Numbered from the stretch's first letter, positions 29,385 through 46,904 are shown. The stretch: DNA of 64,000 nt from Eledone cirrhosa (GCA_964016885.1 OZ024748.1:58156001-58220000); one strand, 5' to 3'. The notes: generated from the letters alone by a model not told the origin. Translations and numbers: made by a program.

Positions 29385-29801
29385 GGGAGAGAGAGTATCG
29401 GCTGTTTCTTTAATGATGGACAGATAAATAAAACGTTTGATAAGTAAAATATAACAACAACAGTCACAGACAGTTTGTAAGCTGATGGAAAGATATATAT
29501 CTTAGAAGAGGACAGCTTACTGGCATGAATAGAAGAATGATTGGCAAAATGCCAGACTATATTTAGTTTCTTTCGGATGCCTTAAATCTATTCAGGTATA
29601 ATTCTCTCCTGCGCTCTCTTTTTGTTTTAAAACAAAAGCAGCAGGAATCACTGCGCATTTCTTTCAGCAAGTATAACGATTCCTTTAAAGCATTTTAGGT
29701 TTTCATGAAGATTGACAAATAGAATCTATTCTTTTTATTAGTCTTTCCTCGTTTGCTATTTTGAAACTTGTCTTTTTCCTAAAACTAAAGTTTGCATTGC
29801 A

Positions 29802-29842
<41 letters not shown>

Positions 29843-29909
29843 ACGCGCGTAATAGGTCGATATGCATTAAATATCTATTTTATTTACAAGAAACTTCCTC
29901 GTTTTCTCT

Positions 29910-32300
<2,391 letters not shown>

Positions 32301-33883
32301 ACCTACCTACAGAGTGAAAGAGTGTTAGAGGTCCTAGTATATGAAATGTTCTTTTTTTTACATTCCCTTCGGGGTTGATAGAACGTTGCAGGGCACTCTT
32401 GTACAGAAATAACGAATTGCATACAGCCTGACTGGGTATAATGCCGAGCTGCTTCCTTTCAAACAGTTAAGCGAAACCGGCCAAATCCTAATAACTCCAG
32501 CAACCATTACACAACAAATGCAAAAGTATACATCAATCATGAAATTAATTTGGAAATAATATACTTGGAATGAGAGAATTAAATACATATATTATGATTC
32601 CACCTATATTGTAAAGGCGTATAAAACATAGGATTAAGATAATTGGAATTAAATATATTTAAATAGCTGTATAATTGAGGCAGTCTGATATTTGGAACAG
32701 GGACAACTCCGGTCATGCTTTCATCTTCTTAGATTTTATCAGGTAATGAATGTCTAGCTTTATAAGTGGATCTAATTACAGCTTTTTAGGATAATGTTGG
32801 TTCGTGTATGACTAATAGGTGTCGGTATAATTTAATACACTTATATAATGGCGGAAGTAAATTACACAGAGGATTCATTTCAGAATTTCATTTCACCTTG
32901 AATGTTCATATAAGCAGCAAGTATTTCTGATTTCCAATTCTCTTCTATCGTTGGCATGTTTTATAGGATTTGTGATTCGTTGGTTATTTACTCGCTCAAA
33001 TCTACAGGATAAGGAAAGTTGCGCTGATCATTTATAATTCGATATAAAATGAAGTCGTTAATAATTGTAATTGTGATAGCTAGAAATATTTGCCAAGTTT
33101 AGATGCCATCTAGATGAATTATTGCAAAATGGCCTATCAAGCTATTGAACCACAAGACATAGCTACACATCATGTTGAGAACTTTATACCAGAAGTTGAC
33201 TGCTCATTATTCCATTATTAGCGTTTAGCGTGTATCTTAATTTCTGCCGAAAGTACCTGACACCATTTGTTTCAATGACTTTCATGAGATAATTGAGTAT
33301 AGATTCATGCAACTATTAACATACATGCTATTTTATTTCGGTTGCATGTTAGAACATTTCTAAATGTGCTTCGGAAATATGGTTCATTGGCTAATCTTTC
33401 TAAACCAGTTACATGTGTTGCATTGTATTTAATTGGAATTTAAACCGACTGTTGTATACGAGTGGAACTTTCAACTTTAATTAAGAAAGAGTCAATATTT
33501 TCATTTACCTGCATTTACGCAGTGGTTTTGCACTTTTTAATAATATAGCTGATCAAAATTATATATCATCATTATATGAAGAGAGTATATATATATATAT
33601 ATGTATATATATATGTATAAAAATGTATGTATATATATGCATATATATGCATATATATACGTATATATATACATATTTTATGTATATATGTATATATATG
33701 CATATATATACGTATATATATACATATTTTATGTATATATGTATATATATACATATATATGTATATATATACATATATATGTATATATATATATATATAT
33801 ATAATGAAATGACAGGAGGCTGGATTTGTCTCGATTTTCAGCCCCATGGATTTTACCTATTACATTCACGTATTATATTTCGA

Positions 33884-33941
33884 ATACCTGATGATATCAC
33901 CGGATTCATACGGAACCCGGTCATTGAAATGATCATAGTAT
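33884..33941 (+). ncRNA. Type I hammerhead ribozyme motif inside a 30 bp inverted repeat (33800-33829 / 33964-33993)
   Basis: atac-CTGATGA(33888-33894)-t.accgg.ttc/gaa.ccggt..t-GAAA(33926-33929)-tgatca-TA-gtat, immediately followed by AATAAA. Confidence 0.7.
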
Positions 33942-34179
33942 AATAAACCTTTCAAGGATTTACACAAATCCAGCCTCCTGTCATTTCATTATAATATTTA
34001 ACTCCGTAATAGCACCACCAACTACAAAAACAAAGACGGTTGAACTGCTTTACGTTGAGTACTCTCTATATTATTGCATTACGATTGACCATACGGAATA
34101 GACCAGCTCTATACAGTGGTGAACCTCAAACCTGAATAAATATATATATAGTATATATATATATATATATATATATAGT

Positions 34180-34237
<58 letters not shown>

Positions 34238-34238
34238 G

Positions 34239-34315
<77 letters not shown>

Positions 34316-34372
34316 GTATATATATATATGTATATATATGTATATATATATATGTATATATATGTATATATA

Positions 34373-35691
34373 TGTAACTTTGAAATGTAACTTTGAAATG
34401 TTTTGGCCAGTATTGGCCCAGGCCATGTCTAACTTAATAGCACCACCTGGCGAAGTCTTTCAATTCAGGATTTGGGCACCATGGCCCATTCGAGAAGAGA
34501 ATTACTGTTTGCGGAGACATATCCGGGTGTGGGTGGTTTGTCCGGGATTACTTGGATGAATTTGTCCAAAGACTTCTTGAATTTTGTGTGGTCAGTTTCT
34601 GTTTTGACGTGTCCTGGTGTGATGTTGAAGAGAGCAGGGCCGATTGAGGTGAAATAATTGTGCCGTATTGTTGTTATGAGTTGCGATTTAGATTTTTGTA
34701 TGGGACGGATAGCACGGGGCCCAAGCCTTGGGTGTATCTTGAAGGCGATGCCAACATCATTTGGGCAGTGATGATGGAATATTTTCCACATCATGCAGAT
34801 AATATAACGCTCACGGCGACGTTGGACTGAGTAAAGTTTCAGCTTTTCTAGTCGACCCCAGTAGTCAAGGTCTGACATGCCATCTATCTTTTTCGTGATT
34901 GCCCTTTGAGGAGCTTCAAGTTTCATGATACTTTGTTTCGTGTGGGGAGACCACAGTGGACAACAGTATTCAAGGTGTGGTCGGGCAAAAGTAGAGAAGA
35001 GAAGGATAATGGTGTGGGAATCTCTCGACTGGAAGTTTCTGAGGATCCAGGAACACATTCTGCGGGCCATGTCAACTTTGCTGCTTATATGCGTGGCCCA
35101 GGTTATGTTGCTGTCCACGGTTACTCCCATGTCTCTGATGTTGTTAGATGCCACGAGAGTTTACTCGGAGGGAAGAGAGTACGGGAGTTTCAGAGCATCC
35201 TCTTTTCCAAAGTGAATCATTTCGAATTTGTCTTCGTTCAGTAACATGTTGTTCTTTACCGCCCATTGGGTAACAGCCAGTAGGTCTGACTGAAGGCTTA
35301 TCCGGTCATCCACGCCATTGATGACCTTTTGGAGCTTGGAATTATCAGCGAAAATTTTAATGTTGCTGTGTTTGATGATGTCAGTGATGTCATTAATATA
35401 GATGATGAAGAGAAGTGGGCCCAACACAGTGCCTTGTGGGACCCCACTACTGACTTTGGCTGGGCTGGATTTGACTCCTTCAACTACAACATGCTGGGTT
35501 CTGTTTGACAGGAAGCTCTTGATCAACTGCAGCAGCTTTCCAGTGACACCAATATTGGACAGCTTTCTCAGTAGAATGTTATGATCAACCCTGTCAAAGG
35601 CCTTGCTGAAATCAATGTAGATAACATCAGTGTTGGAAAACTCTCCCAAGGCTCTCAAAATGTCATCAAAGTGATGCAGTAGCTGCGTCAT
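34373..35691 (-). mobile_element. 5'-truncated CR1-group LINE (RT + C-terminus), inactivated
   Basis: [16 protein letters not shown]...[20 protein letters not shown]...KIFADNSK (FADD changed to FADN). There is an in-frame TAA at 35161-35163, then HLEYCCPLWSPH...LYSVQRRRERY. The 3' tail is (CATTTCAAAGTTA)x2. Confidence 0.93.
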
Positions 35692-35998
35692 GTATATGTA
35701 TATGTATATATGTGTATATATGTATATATATATGTATATATATGTATATATATGTATATATATGTATATATATGTATGTATATGTATGTATATGTATGTA
35801 TATGTATATATATATATATGTATATATATGTATATATATGTATATATATGTATATATATGTATATATATGTATATATATGTATATATATATGTATATATA
35901 TATGTATATGTATATATATATGTATATATATATGTATATATATGTATATATATGTATATATATGTATATATATGTATGTATATATATGTATATATATG

Positions 35999-36047
<49 letters not shown>

Positions 36048-36138
36048 GTATATATATATGTGTATATATATATGTGTATATATATATGTATATATATATA
36101 TGTATATATGTATGTATATATATATATATGTATATATG

Positions 36139-36181
<43 letters not shown>

Positions 36182-36196
36182 GTATATATATGTATG

Positions 36197-36229
<33 letters not shown>

Positions 36230-36280
36230 GTATATATATATATATATATGTATATATATGTATATATATGTATATATATG

Positions 36281-36313
<33 letters not shown>

Positions 36314-36754
36314 GTATATATATGTATATATATGTATATATATGTATATATATATATGTATATTTATATATGTATGTATATATATGTATATATATGTATA
36401 TATATGTGTGTATATATATATATGTATATATATGTATATATATGTGTATATATATATATATGTATATATATATATGTATATATATGTATATATATGTGTG
36501 TATATATATATATGTATATATATATGTATATATATATATATATGTATATATATGTATATATATATATATATGTATATATATGTGTATATATATGTATATA
36601 TGTATATATATATATATATGTATATATATGTGTATATATATGTATATATATATATGTATATATATATGTATATATGTATGTATATATATATGTATAGATA
36701 TATATGTATGTATATATGTATATATATATATATATATGTATGTATATATATATG

Positions 36755-36801
<47 letters not shown>

Positions 36802-37448
36802 GTATGTATATATATGTATATGTATGTATATGTATATATATGTATATTTATATGTATGTATATGTATATATATGTATATTTATATGTATGTATATGTATA
36901 TGTATGTGTATGTATATATATGTATATATATGTATATTTATATGTATGTATATGTATATGTATGTGTATGTATATATATGTATATGTATGTATATGTATA
37001 TATATATATGTATGTATATGTATATATATGTATATATATGTATATATATATATATGTATATATATGTATATATATGTATATATATGTATATGTATATATA
37101 TGTATATATATGTATATGTATATATATGTATATATATGTATATATATGTATATGTATATGTATATATATACATATATATGTATATACATATATATGTATA
37201 TATATACATATATATGTATATATATATATATACATATATATGTATATATATACATATATATGTATGTATATACATATATATGTATGTATATATATACATA
37301 TATATGTATATATATATATACATATATATGTATGTATATATATACATATATATGTATATATATATATACATATATATGTGTATATATATACATATATATG
37401 TATGTATATATATACATATATATGTATATATATATATACATATATATG

Positions 37449-37494
<46 letters not shown>

Positions 37495-37498
37495 TATG

Positions 37499-37534
<36 letters not shown>

Positions 37535-37953
37535 CATATATATGTATATATATATATGTATATATATATATATGTATATATATATACATATATATGTATA
37601 TATATATACATATATATGTATGTATATATATGTATATATATATATACATATATATGTATATATATATATACATATATATGTATATATATATATGTATATA
37701 TATATATGTATATATATATATGTATATATATATATGTATATATATATACATATATATGTATATATGTATATGTATATATATATATGTATATATATATACA
37801 TATATATGTATATATGTATATGTATATATATATATGTATATATATATATATGTATATATATATACATATATATGTATATATATGTATATATTTATATGTG
37901 TATAGATATATATGTATAAATATATACATATATATGTATATATATATATGTAT
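35692..37953. repeat. (TA)n/(TATG)n/(TACA)n compound microsatellite, about 2.3 kb
   Basis: Direct inspection. Confidence 0.98.
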
Positions 37954-38594
37954 GGATCTTGGGGACTTTCCTTACAAGAGATCGAGACACCATGTTGACA
38001 CTGCTCCCAGCTGTGGTCACCCCATAGTGTCAAACTAACCACAGAGTTTGAGGCAATCCAGCGAAGCTACACCAAGAGGATTGCCAAGATGAGGGAGACA
38101 AGCTACTGGGAGAGGCTGAAGGAACTGAACCTCTACTCCATGGAGCGAAGACGGGAGAGATACGCAGTGATCTACATGTGGAAAATCCTGGAGGGACTAG
38201 CACCAAACTTTGGCATTGGGAGCTGGACCAACCGTCGAACAGGACGTCACTGTGTGGTGCCAAAGGTCCCGTCTTCCACATCTAGAATAAGGAGCAGGTA
38301 TTGCAATAGCCTGGGATTCAAGGGCCCTCAACTCTTCAACAGGCTGCCGAGGCATCTGCGAGACTTGCATGACGTGGAGGTGGATGTCTTTAAGAAACAT
38401 CTCGACACCTTGTTATCCAGGATCCCGGATGAGCCCACAGCAAGACACGAGGGAAACCTAAGGGCAGCAGCAACAAACTCCCTCCTACACCAGTGGCCAA
38501 CCTATACAGGCTGGAGATAAAATGTGTAGCAACAAGGGCGGTGCCCCAGCATGGCCTCAGCCGGATGGCTGAAACAGGTAAAAGAGTAAAAGAG
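37954..38594 (+). mobile_element. 3' end of a second CR1-group LINE family
   Basis: SYWERLKELNLYSMERRRERYAVIYMWKILEG...GPQLFNRLP...LLSRIPDEP...NSLLHQ. The 3' UTR has a hairpin tcagcc/ggctga and a (GTAAAAGA)x2 tail. Confidence 0.9.
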
Positions 38595-38986
38595 TATATA
38601 TATATATGTATATATATATACATATATATGTATGTATATATATATATGTATATATATACATATATATGTATATATATACATATATATGTATATATATATA
38701 TGTATATATATATACATATATATGTATATATATATATATATATACATATATATGTATATATATATATGTATATATATATACATATATATGTATATATATA
38801 TATATGTATATATATATACATATATATGTATATATGTATATATATACATATATATGTATATATATATATGTATATATATATACATATATATGTATATATA
38901 TAAATTTATATATATATACATATATATGTATATATATACATATATATGTATATATATACATATATATGTATATATACATATATATG

Positions 38987-39018
<32 letters not shown>

Positions 39019-39100
39019 CATATATATGTATATATATATATGTATATATATACATATATATGTATATATATATACATATATATGTATATATATATATATA
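38595..39100. repeat. (TA)n array with alternating TACA/TGTA interruptions; similar arrays at 39913-40503 and 42119-42678
   Basis: Direct inspection. Confidence 0.97.
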
Positions 39101-39912
39101 GCGGCGATGAATTAGTTTTGCGAGGTTTTTTATATGAAATCGTGTGTCGAAACAGATATTGTTATATTTGGGGAGGGTCATATTTGCGTAATATTGCCAG
39201 AATTAATAACAGAACACACTCACTGTTTGGTTGGTTTTCGCTTCTCGCTGTCTTTTATATATATATATCTGCGATCTAACTTACTCGGTCCTCAATGTTG
39301 CCATTGACTGACCGGAACAACAACAACACCCAAACAAACAACACTGACCTAAGAGAAGTATAAATAAATAAGTAAATTAAATAAAATAAAATAAGATAAA
39401 TAAATACATACACAAGCACATAAACACACACTAGTCACCCAGCAGACACAACACTATACACACTAGTCACACATCACACATAACACTATACACACACGCA
39501 AACGCATGCGCAAAGAAGACAAAAAAAAATAAATAAATAAATAAATAAATAAAATAAGATAAACAAACAAGCAAATAAATAAATAAATATATAGACAGAC
39601 TGAACAAAAAAAAAAATGGCGTAGACATACAACACAACAGGAGGAACAATGAATATAACACCACTGACGATGTTGCAGATGTGCAACGAAAGATTTATGT
39701 AAACTATATATATATGTGTTTGTCTATATTGTATCTGTATTATTTTTGACCGCCGGTCAGTCAATGGCAACATTGAGGACCGAGTAAGTTAGATCGCAGA
39801 TATATATATATAAAAGACAGCGAGAAGCGAAAACCAACCAAACAGTGAGTGTGTTCTGTTATTAATTCTGGCAATATTACGCAAATATGACCCTCCCCAA
39901 ATATAACAATAT
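39101..39912. mobile_element. Family F1 inverted pair (arms 39156-39315 / 39753-39912), (TA)n on both sides
   Basis: 160 bp arms appear identical by eye; an HHR-like core lies in the spacer. Confidence 0.9.
39660..39701 (+). ncRNA. Hammerhead-like motif (family F1), stems I/III degenerate
   Basis: acca-CTGACGA(39664-39670)-t-gttgca gatg tgcaac-GAAA(39688-39691)-gatt-TA-tgta. Confidence 0.55.
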
Positions 39913-40556
39913 ATATATATACATATATATGTATATATATATATATACATATATATGTATATATATACATATATATGTATATATATATGTACATATATAT
40001 GTATATATATACATATATATGTATATATATATATACATATATATGTATATATATACATATATATATATACATATATATGTATATATATATATATGTATAT
40101 ATATATACATATATATGTATATATACATATGTATATATATACATATATATGTATATATATACATATATATATATACATATATATGTATATATATATACAT
40201 TTATATATATACATATATATGTATATATATATACATATATATATATACATATATATGTATATATATACATATATACATATATATGTATATATATATACAT
40301 ATATATATATACATATATATGTATATATATATACATATATATATATACATATATATGTATATATATATACATATATATATATACGTATATATGTATATAT
40401 ATATATACATATATATGTATATATATATACATATATATGTATATGTATATACATATATATGTATATATATATACATATATATGTATATATATATACATAT
40501 ATATGTAAAATAAAGTTAAATAAAAGTCAAATGATTAAAATTTAGCTTCGTTTATT

Positions 40557-40611
40557 ACTGCTATATATATTTCAGTGACAGCCATCTTTGGCTGTGACCT
40601 CTTCAGGCAGT
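40557..40611 (-). ncRNA. Type I hammerhead ribozyme motif (best preserved)
   Basis: Minus strand: actgc-CTGAAGA-ggtcacagcca aaga tggctgtcact-GAAA-tatata-TA-gcagt, followed directly by AATAAA. Confidence 0.85.
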
Positions 40612-41393
40612 TTGAATTAGTATGGTATAGACAAGTACATATGTTGTTTAGGTGTATGATATTGTGAATACTCTGATATGCCCAGTTCCTTGCTGGGTTG
40701 TTAATTCACTGGGGAACTGGAGTCATATGAATTCAAACAAACGAATTTTCGTGTCACAGGTCCCCTTCTCCTCTCATTGGTCAGTTATTAGTGTTGTCAT
40801 TGTTGGAGTTAGCTTAACAATTGATAAAATGGTAGAAGGGACAAGGTGTTGAAGGAACAAAATATCAAAAAATGTGTCAAACTTCCCATTGTTCAGTTCT
40901 GAGAGCATTCCTCAGTCAGAAGTCTATAGAATTCTTTCTGGGGTGAGGCGCCCTGTAGTGTTTATGCCTGCTATTGTTCAGTACATTTGACCTCCATTTT
41001 AGTTATTATTGCACCGATGTGAGGTATATGACTTTTAATGCAATGAAATATCTATGATCGTCGTAATAAACGAAGGTAAATTTTAATCATTTGACTTTTA
41101 TTTAACTTTATTTTACACTACTCCGGAGTAACCAAACCAACCTGCGCACTTCGTCGAGTGCTCCAGCCTGCATACTGAGGTGTTGGTATACAACCAACAT
41201 AAACTCTAAATCTACATATATATGTATATATATATATACATATATATGTATATATATATACATATATATATATACATATATATATATATACATATATATG
41301 TATACATATATATGTATATATATATATATACATATATATGTATATATATACATATATATGTATATATATACATATATATGTATATATATACAT

Positions 41394-42118
41394 GTTAGCT
41401 ATACTCTTTGTTGTTCTTCCTGTCTCACTCGCTTTACGCGTTTTAATTGTCCTAATAACTTATTTTAGTTATGATTGCACCGACGTAAGGTATATGATTT
41501 TTAATGCAATGAAATATCTATGATCGTCGGCAAATCACTGATGAGGGACTCATTTTATTACATGTTATCCATGCGCTACCTGCAGTATTTTTCTCCATAT
41601 TTTATTACATATATTTACCCAAACTGCGATTCGGTGTTTTTCTCTCTCTCTCTTACTGCTCCCCCATTCTCTCTGTTTCTCCTACTTTCTTTCGCCCCCT
41701 CTGTCATGTCAGTTAACTCTTCCTCACACTTTCACTCATTCACTGTTTCTCCTCTCTTCACTTCATCCCGTACACGACGAAAGCTATATTTTTCTCTCTT
41801 CTCACATGCCCCTCGTCCGTGTAAGGTCTTTTTTCTAAAGCGCTCATATATTCACCTAGCTTACGCTAAACAGAATAATTATGAAGCGTGTTTCATTCCC
41901 CTACGGTTAGCTATACTCTTTGTTGTTCTCCTGTCTCACTCGCTTTACGCGTTTTAATTGTCCTAATAACTTATTTTAGTTATTATTGCACCGATGTGAG
42001 GTATATGATTTTTAATGCAATGAAATATCTATGATCGTCGGCAAATCACCGATGAGGGACTCATTTTATTACATGTTATCCATGCGCTACCTGCAGTATT
42101 TTTCTCCATATTTTATTA
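41394..42118 (+). mobile_element. Partial tandem (period 512 bp) of a non-coding unit with a degenerate HHR-like core, between (TA)n arrays
   Basis: 41394-41607 is repeated at 41906-42118; ca-CTGATGA-ggg...ccc-AAAC-tgcgat-TC-ggtg lies at about 41536-41637. Confidence 0.7.
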
Positions 42119-42678
42119 TATATATATATACATACATATGTATATATATACATATATATGTATATATATACATATATATACATATATATGTGTATATATA
42201 CATATATATGTATATATATACATATATATACATATATATGTATATATATACATATATATACATATATATGTATATATATACATATATATGTATATATATA
42301 TGTATATATATACATATATATGTATATATATATGTATATATATACATATATATGTATATATATATGTATATATATACATATATATGTATATATATATGTA
42401 TATATATATATGTATATATATACATATATATGTATATATATATGTATATATATACATATATATGTATATATATATGTATATATATATATGTATATATGTA
42501 CATACATACATATGTATATATATGTATGTATATGTATATATATGTATATATATGTATATATATGTATATATATATGTATATATATATATGTATATATGTA
42601 CATACATACATATGTATATATATGTATATATATGTATATATATGTATATATATGTATATATACATATATGTATATATA

Positions 42679-43039
<361 letters not shown>

Positions 43040-44792
43040 GTCAGATCATTTATGAACAAGCATAACTTCATCCAACAGAACTTTGACAGGAATAATTGTT
43101 CCTTGAAGGGTGTACATGAACAAAAAATGAATAAACACGAATATTAACATGACACCTTATATCTTACGGCGTAAGCGACCTTCTCAGGTAAACAGAAGCT
43201 CATGCATACAAATGCATCTCTTGCCCATTTTTTATCTTCAAATACACATGTTACCTTTATATGTATATGGGCAAAAACAATATTGAGGAATACACTAACG
43301 TAGATGTATATATATATATATATAGATATATTATATATAGGGAGAGAGAGAGAGAAGCATCAGGCAAATTATACCAGCATTTTGTGCAGTGTTCTTTTGC
43401 GGTCAATCTCTATATCTGTACACATATGCTAAAATACCGATTAATATATACCTGCACTAGATGTATGTATAAGTACTTGACTATTTGATCAGCACTACAT
43501 AACACATTCTATCATTTCTTTGTCTCTATTTTATAATCACCTCCAAAATAGCAGGACTGCAGACCAGTAACTTTAGCTTTCAAATGTTATGTCTATAAAA
43601 TTTACTTTATACAATGCTTATATGAAAGGATAAGATGCAACATGAATGATTATTTTCAATAGACCAGTCTGAAAACAAAGTGAGAGATGTGTAGAGTCAA
43701 TATAATGTTTCAGAGCTTGGCTACTAACGATAATATCGACACATGAATGGGGAGAAACACAGTGGAATCTGGCAGACTCTTAGCAAATAGCATGAAGTGT
43801 TTTAACTATAGCCTGGATGATATTGTGTCTGCCTCTTTACAGTTGTCGTCATTCACAATATTTTGAACATTAATAACGAGATTGCATCGTATTGTTTTAT
43901 CTACTGAATCGTTTCTCATCTATCAATGGACAAAATGTGATCGATGAGAAAAGAACATATTTCAAACTGTTCTATTCGATTATTTACATATTCACATTTT
44001 AGTATGATTTTTAGAAGTCTTAATGCCGTGAACTTATGAGAAGAAAAATGATACATTTGTATGATAAAGCTATTATTCCGATGCTTCTGTGTTAAAACAC
44101 GATTAGTTGTTATATTAATATTAATCACAGTCGTTTTATTTTTCTGTAAATGTAGCAACTGTTTTGTATTCACTTACAAATAAATCTTTTAATGTACTTT
44201 TTTTATATTTTGTTGTCAGTTTAACTTAAGTATGTTGATATTATGAATAATTTCTATGTGTGTTTTTAAGAGTAATTTAGTTAGGGATGGCATTTTAATT
44301 TCAAAACAATATCACTAGAAAACTTTGGGAAAGATCATTACTATAATTGTGCGTGTTTATCGAACTACATCCAGCTAACAAAACATATTAGATAGAAAGA
44401 TAAGCTAAGCTTAGCTTTTCATACATACTGAATGTAAACAAATGTTGCTAATAAAAGGATCACACGTATTAGAATGTCTACAGTCATTCTATCAAATAGA
44501 TATATCAAGATTTTGTTGTCTTAATTTCAATAATCACTGTACCTAAATTGTCAGTAGGTAGAATTTAGGAGGGCTCATTATGTTCAATATTAGTTAATTT
44601 TTATCCTCCTGAGTATACATTCAATACCGATGCTTTAGACATGCATGGGTGAGTTTAGATTAAAATAGGATTGCATTGACATCATAGATATTGCGCTGTA
44701 TGCTCTATAACATCTCTATAGTGTTTGGCTGATATTTAAAATAAAGTGAAACCAGTGACCGTTCCTATCTTACCTCTCCATTTAGTCCGTAA

Positions 44793-44888
44793 ATACACGC
44801 ATGTGATACACGCATGTGATACACGCATGTGATACACGCACGTGATACACGCATGTGATACACGCATGTGATACACGCATGTGATACG
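44793..44888. repeat. 13 bp tandem repeat, about 7 copies
   Basis: Unit atacacgcatgtg. Confidence 0.97.
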
Positions 44889-44965
44889 TTTAAATGTAAT
44901 ATTTGAAACACGCATGATATATATTTATAATTATTGAATATTATGTGTTTTATGTGACTAACGAT

Positions 44966-45081
44966 ATGTTCAAATCTCGCCGAGGTTAACTTTGCCTTTC
45001 ATCCTTACGGGGTCGATAAAATAAAGTACCAGCAATGCACTGGGTAATTGCTGGCCTTGTGCCAATAGTAGAAACAATTAT
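44966..45081 (+). mobile_element. SINE S1, 3' half
   Basis: gttcaaatctcgccgaggttaactttgcctttcatccttacggggtcgataaaataaagtacc...gtagaaacaattat. Confidence 0.88.
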
Positions 45082-46815
45082 CTGACTAACTATATAATTA
45101 TCACGTTTTGGTATGTTAGATACATTCATTTTTATATTATTATTTATTTAATTTTGAATGTAATTTCATGCCCGATTTACTTTCCACCTGTGCTCGCACA
45201 GCGTTGTAGCGATCTTTTACATAAGTACATATCAACGTGAACTTATCCATGTGAAGACTATAGTCCAGCAATATTTTCATGGTTGTTTCACATCAGTATA
45301 TCGTTTATATTTCTTCGTTTAGCACTTCACATGGCTACGATCCTCACATAATAGAATTTCTTTGTAATCTATTAGATATCTTATCTTCAATTTAGGCATT
45401 AGCTATAATCACAGTCTTATCTCCCCACAATTTCCCCCATATTATTGAGTCTATGAAATGCGATATTGAAGGCGTGTTGTAAGTGGACTTGAACCTAAGA
45501 CAATGTAATTGAGTATTTACTATCTTAATCATTCATTGTCTAGGATATCCGCCAATCAGATGGCATTGCACACATGGAACATTCAAAATTTGAATTCAGT
45601 TTGTGTTTCGTTCTTGGAAAATATGTATAGAAAAAGTAAGCATACAAACACTCGACTAAAAAGAGCAAAATAATTCAAAATAAAAATAGTGAGATTAATC
45701 TAAACCCCGAGGTTTCGAGTAAAAACATTAAAATACCAGCGCTTGGATTATGAAAATGTATGGAATACATGATTAATAATAATAGCGAAAAGAGTTTGAA
45801 ATAAACAAAAAGATACACGAAAACATTTCATTGAGAATTTAAATAAAAAACGTAATACTTTCTTACAACGTTCAGATTGTGTAAGATGTTATATTTCCTT
45901 GGAGCTGTAAAATGTACTGGATTTGCTGTTGCTTGGAAACGTATCGCTAGAAATAGATCTAAAATCAGATATAGAATATGTGTAATCTATCTAGAAGGAT
46001 TATGTTGTGTAGAAACAGGGAAAAAATATAGCGAAATATTTCTATCGAAACTTTCCATAGAAAACTTTCCAAAATTTAGATTCAGGGAAAATATTGAAGG
46101 TATACGTTAATCTACGTGTAAAACTATTACAATACTTAAGAATACAAATGTAATACAAGGCACGGATTAAATCAATGCACGTGTAACAAGAAATATTCTT
46201 GCATCCATGAAATGTTAATATAATTTTCAGATTAATTGAAAACGTAGCAAATGTAACGAATTATGGAAATACAAAACACATTTTCAATATCAGTACTTTT
46301 ATGAAATGCAAACATATTGAGTAGCAATATAATTGCTTTTTCTATCTAAATTGAGATATGTTAAATATTTAGTTTATTATTAGATTCTTACTGTTTCAAG
46401 AAATGGCAAGTAAATACAGTTAATCAAGAGATTACATTTCGTGGTTTCGATTTTGTCTCCCTAAATGAGAGGATGTATGGTTAAATAAATTCTATATATC
46501 GATATTCTATATGATATTTTTAAATATATATCTAGACACACCTCAGCGTTAGATGTTTCTATTTCTCCCTTTTTTTTTAAACTGCCAGAATTTATATTCA
46601 GCAATATTTCCCGAAGAACAGGAAACCACGCAGTAACACCGCCTTATGGCATAGTGAAATAAAAAGTCTATAAATATGGTAGACACGTAACATATATCAC
46701 ACAATACAAAATTAAATCCAATATGATTAAACAGACATAAAAGTCCCATTCTCGATTTTGGAAATACTAAAAAAAATGTATAAATGATATGATTATTTGA
46801 AACACATACACAAAT

Positions 46816-46900
<85 letters not shown>

Positions 46901-46904
<4 letters not shown>

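Noticed and set aside
29555-29602. HHR-like CTGAATA-gat/atc-c-GAAA on the minus strand
   Set aside because: G8 is lost and stems are weak; could be chance in AT-rich DNA.
32712-32748. HHR-like CTGATAA-atct/agat-GAAA on the minus strand
   Set aside because: C3:A8 mismatch and no clear stem III or stem I.
43150-43192. HHR-like CTGAGAA-gg...cc-GTAA on the minus strand
   Set aside because: Both conserved boxes are altered; not counted, although its orientation would fit the module pattern.
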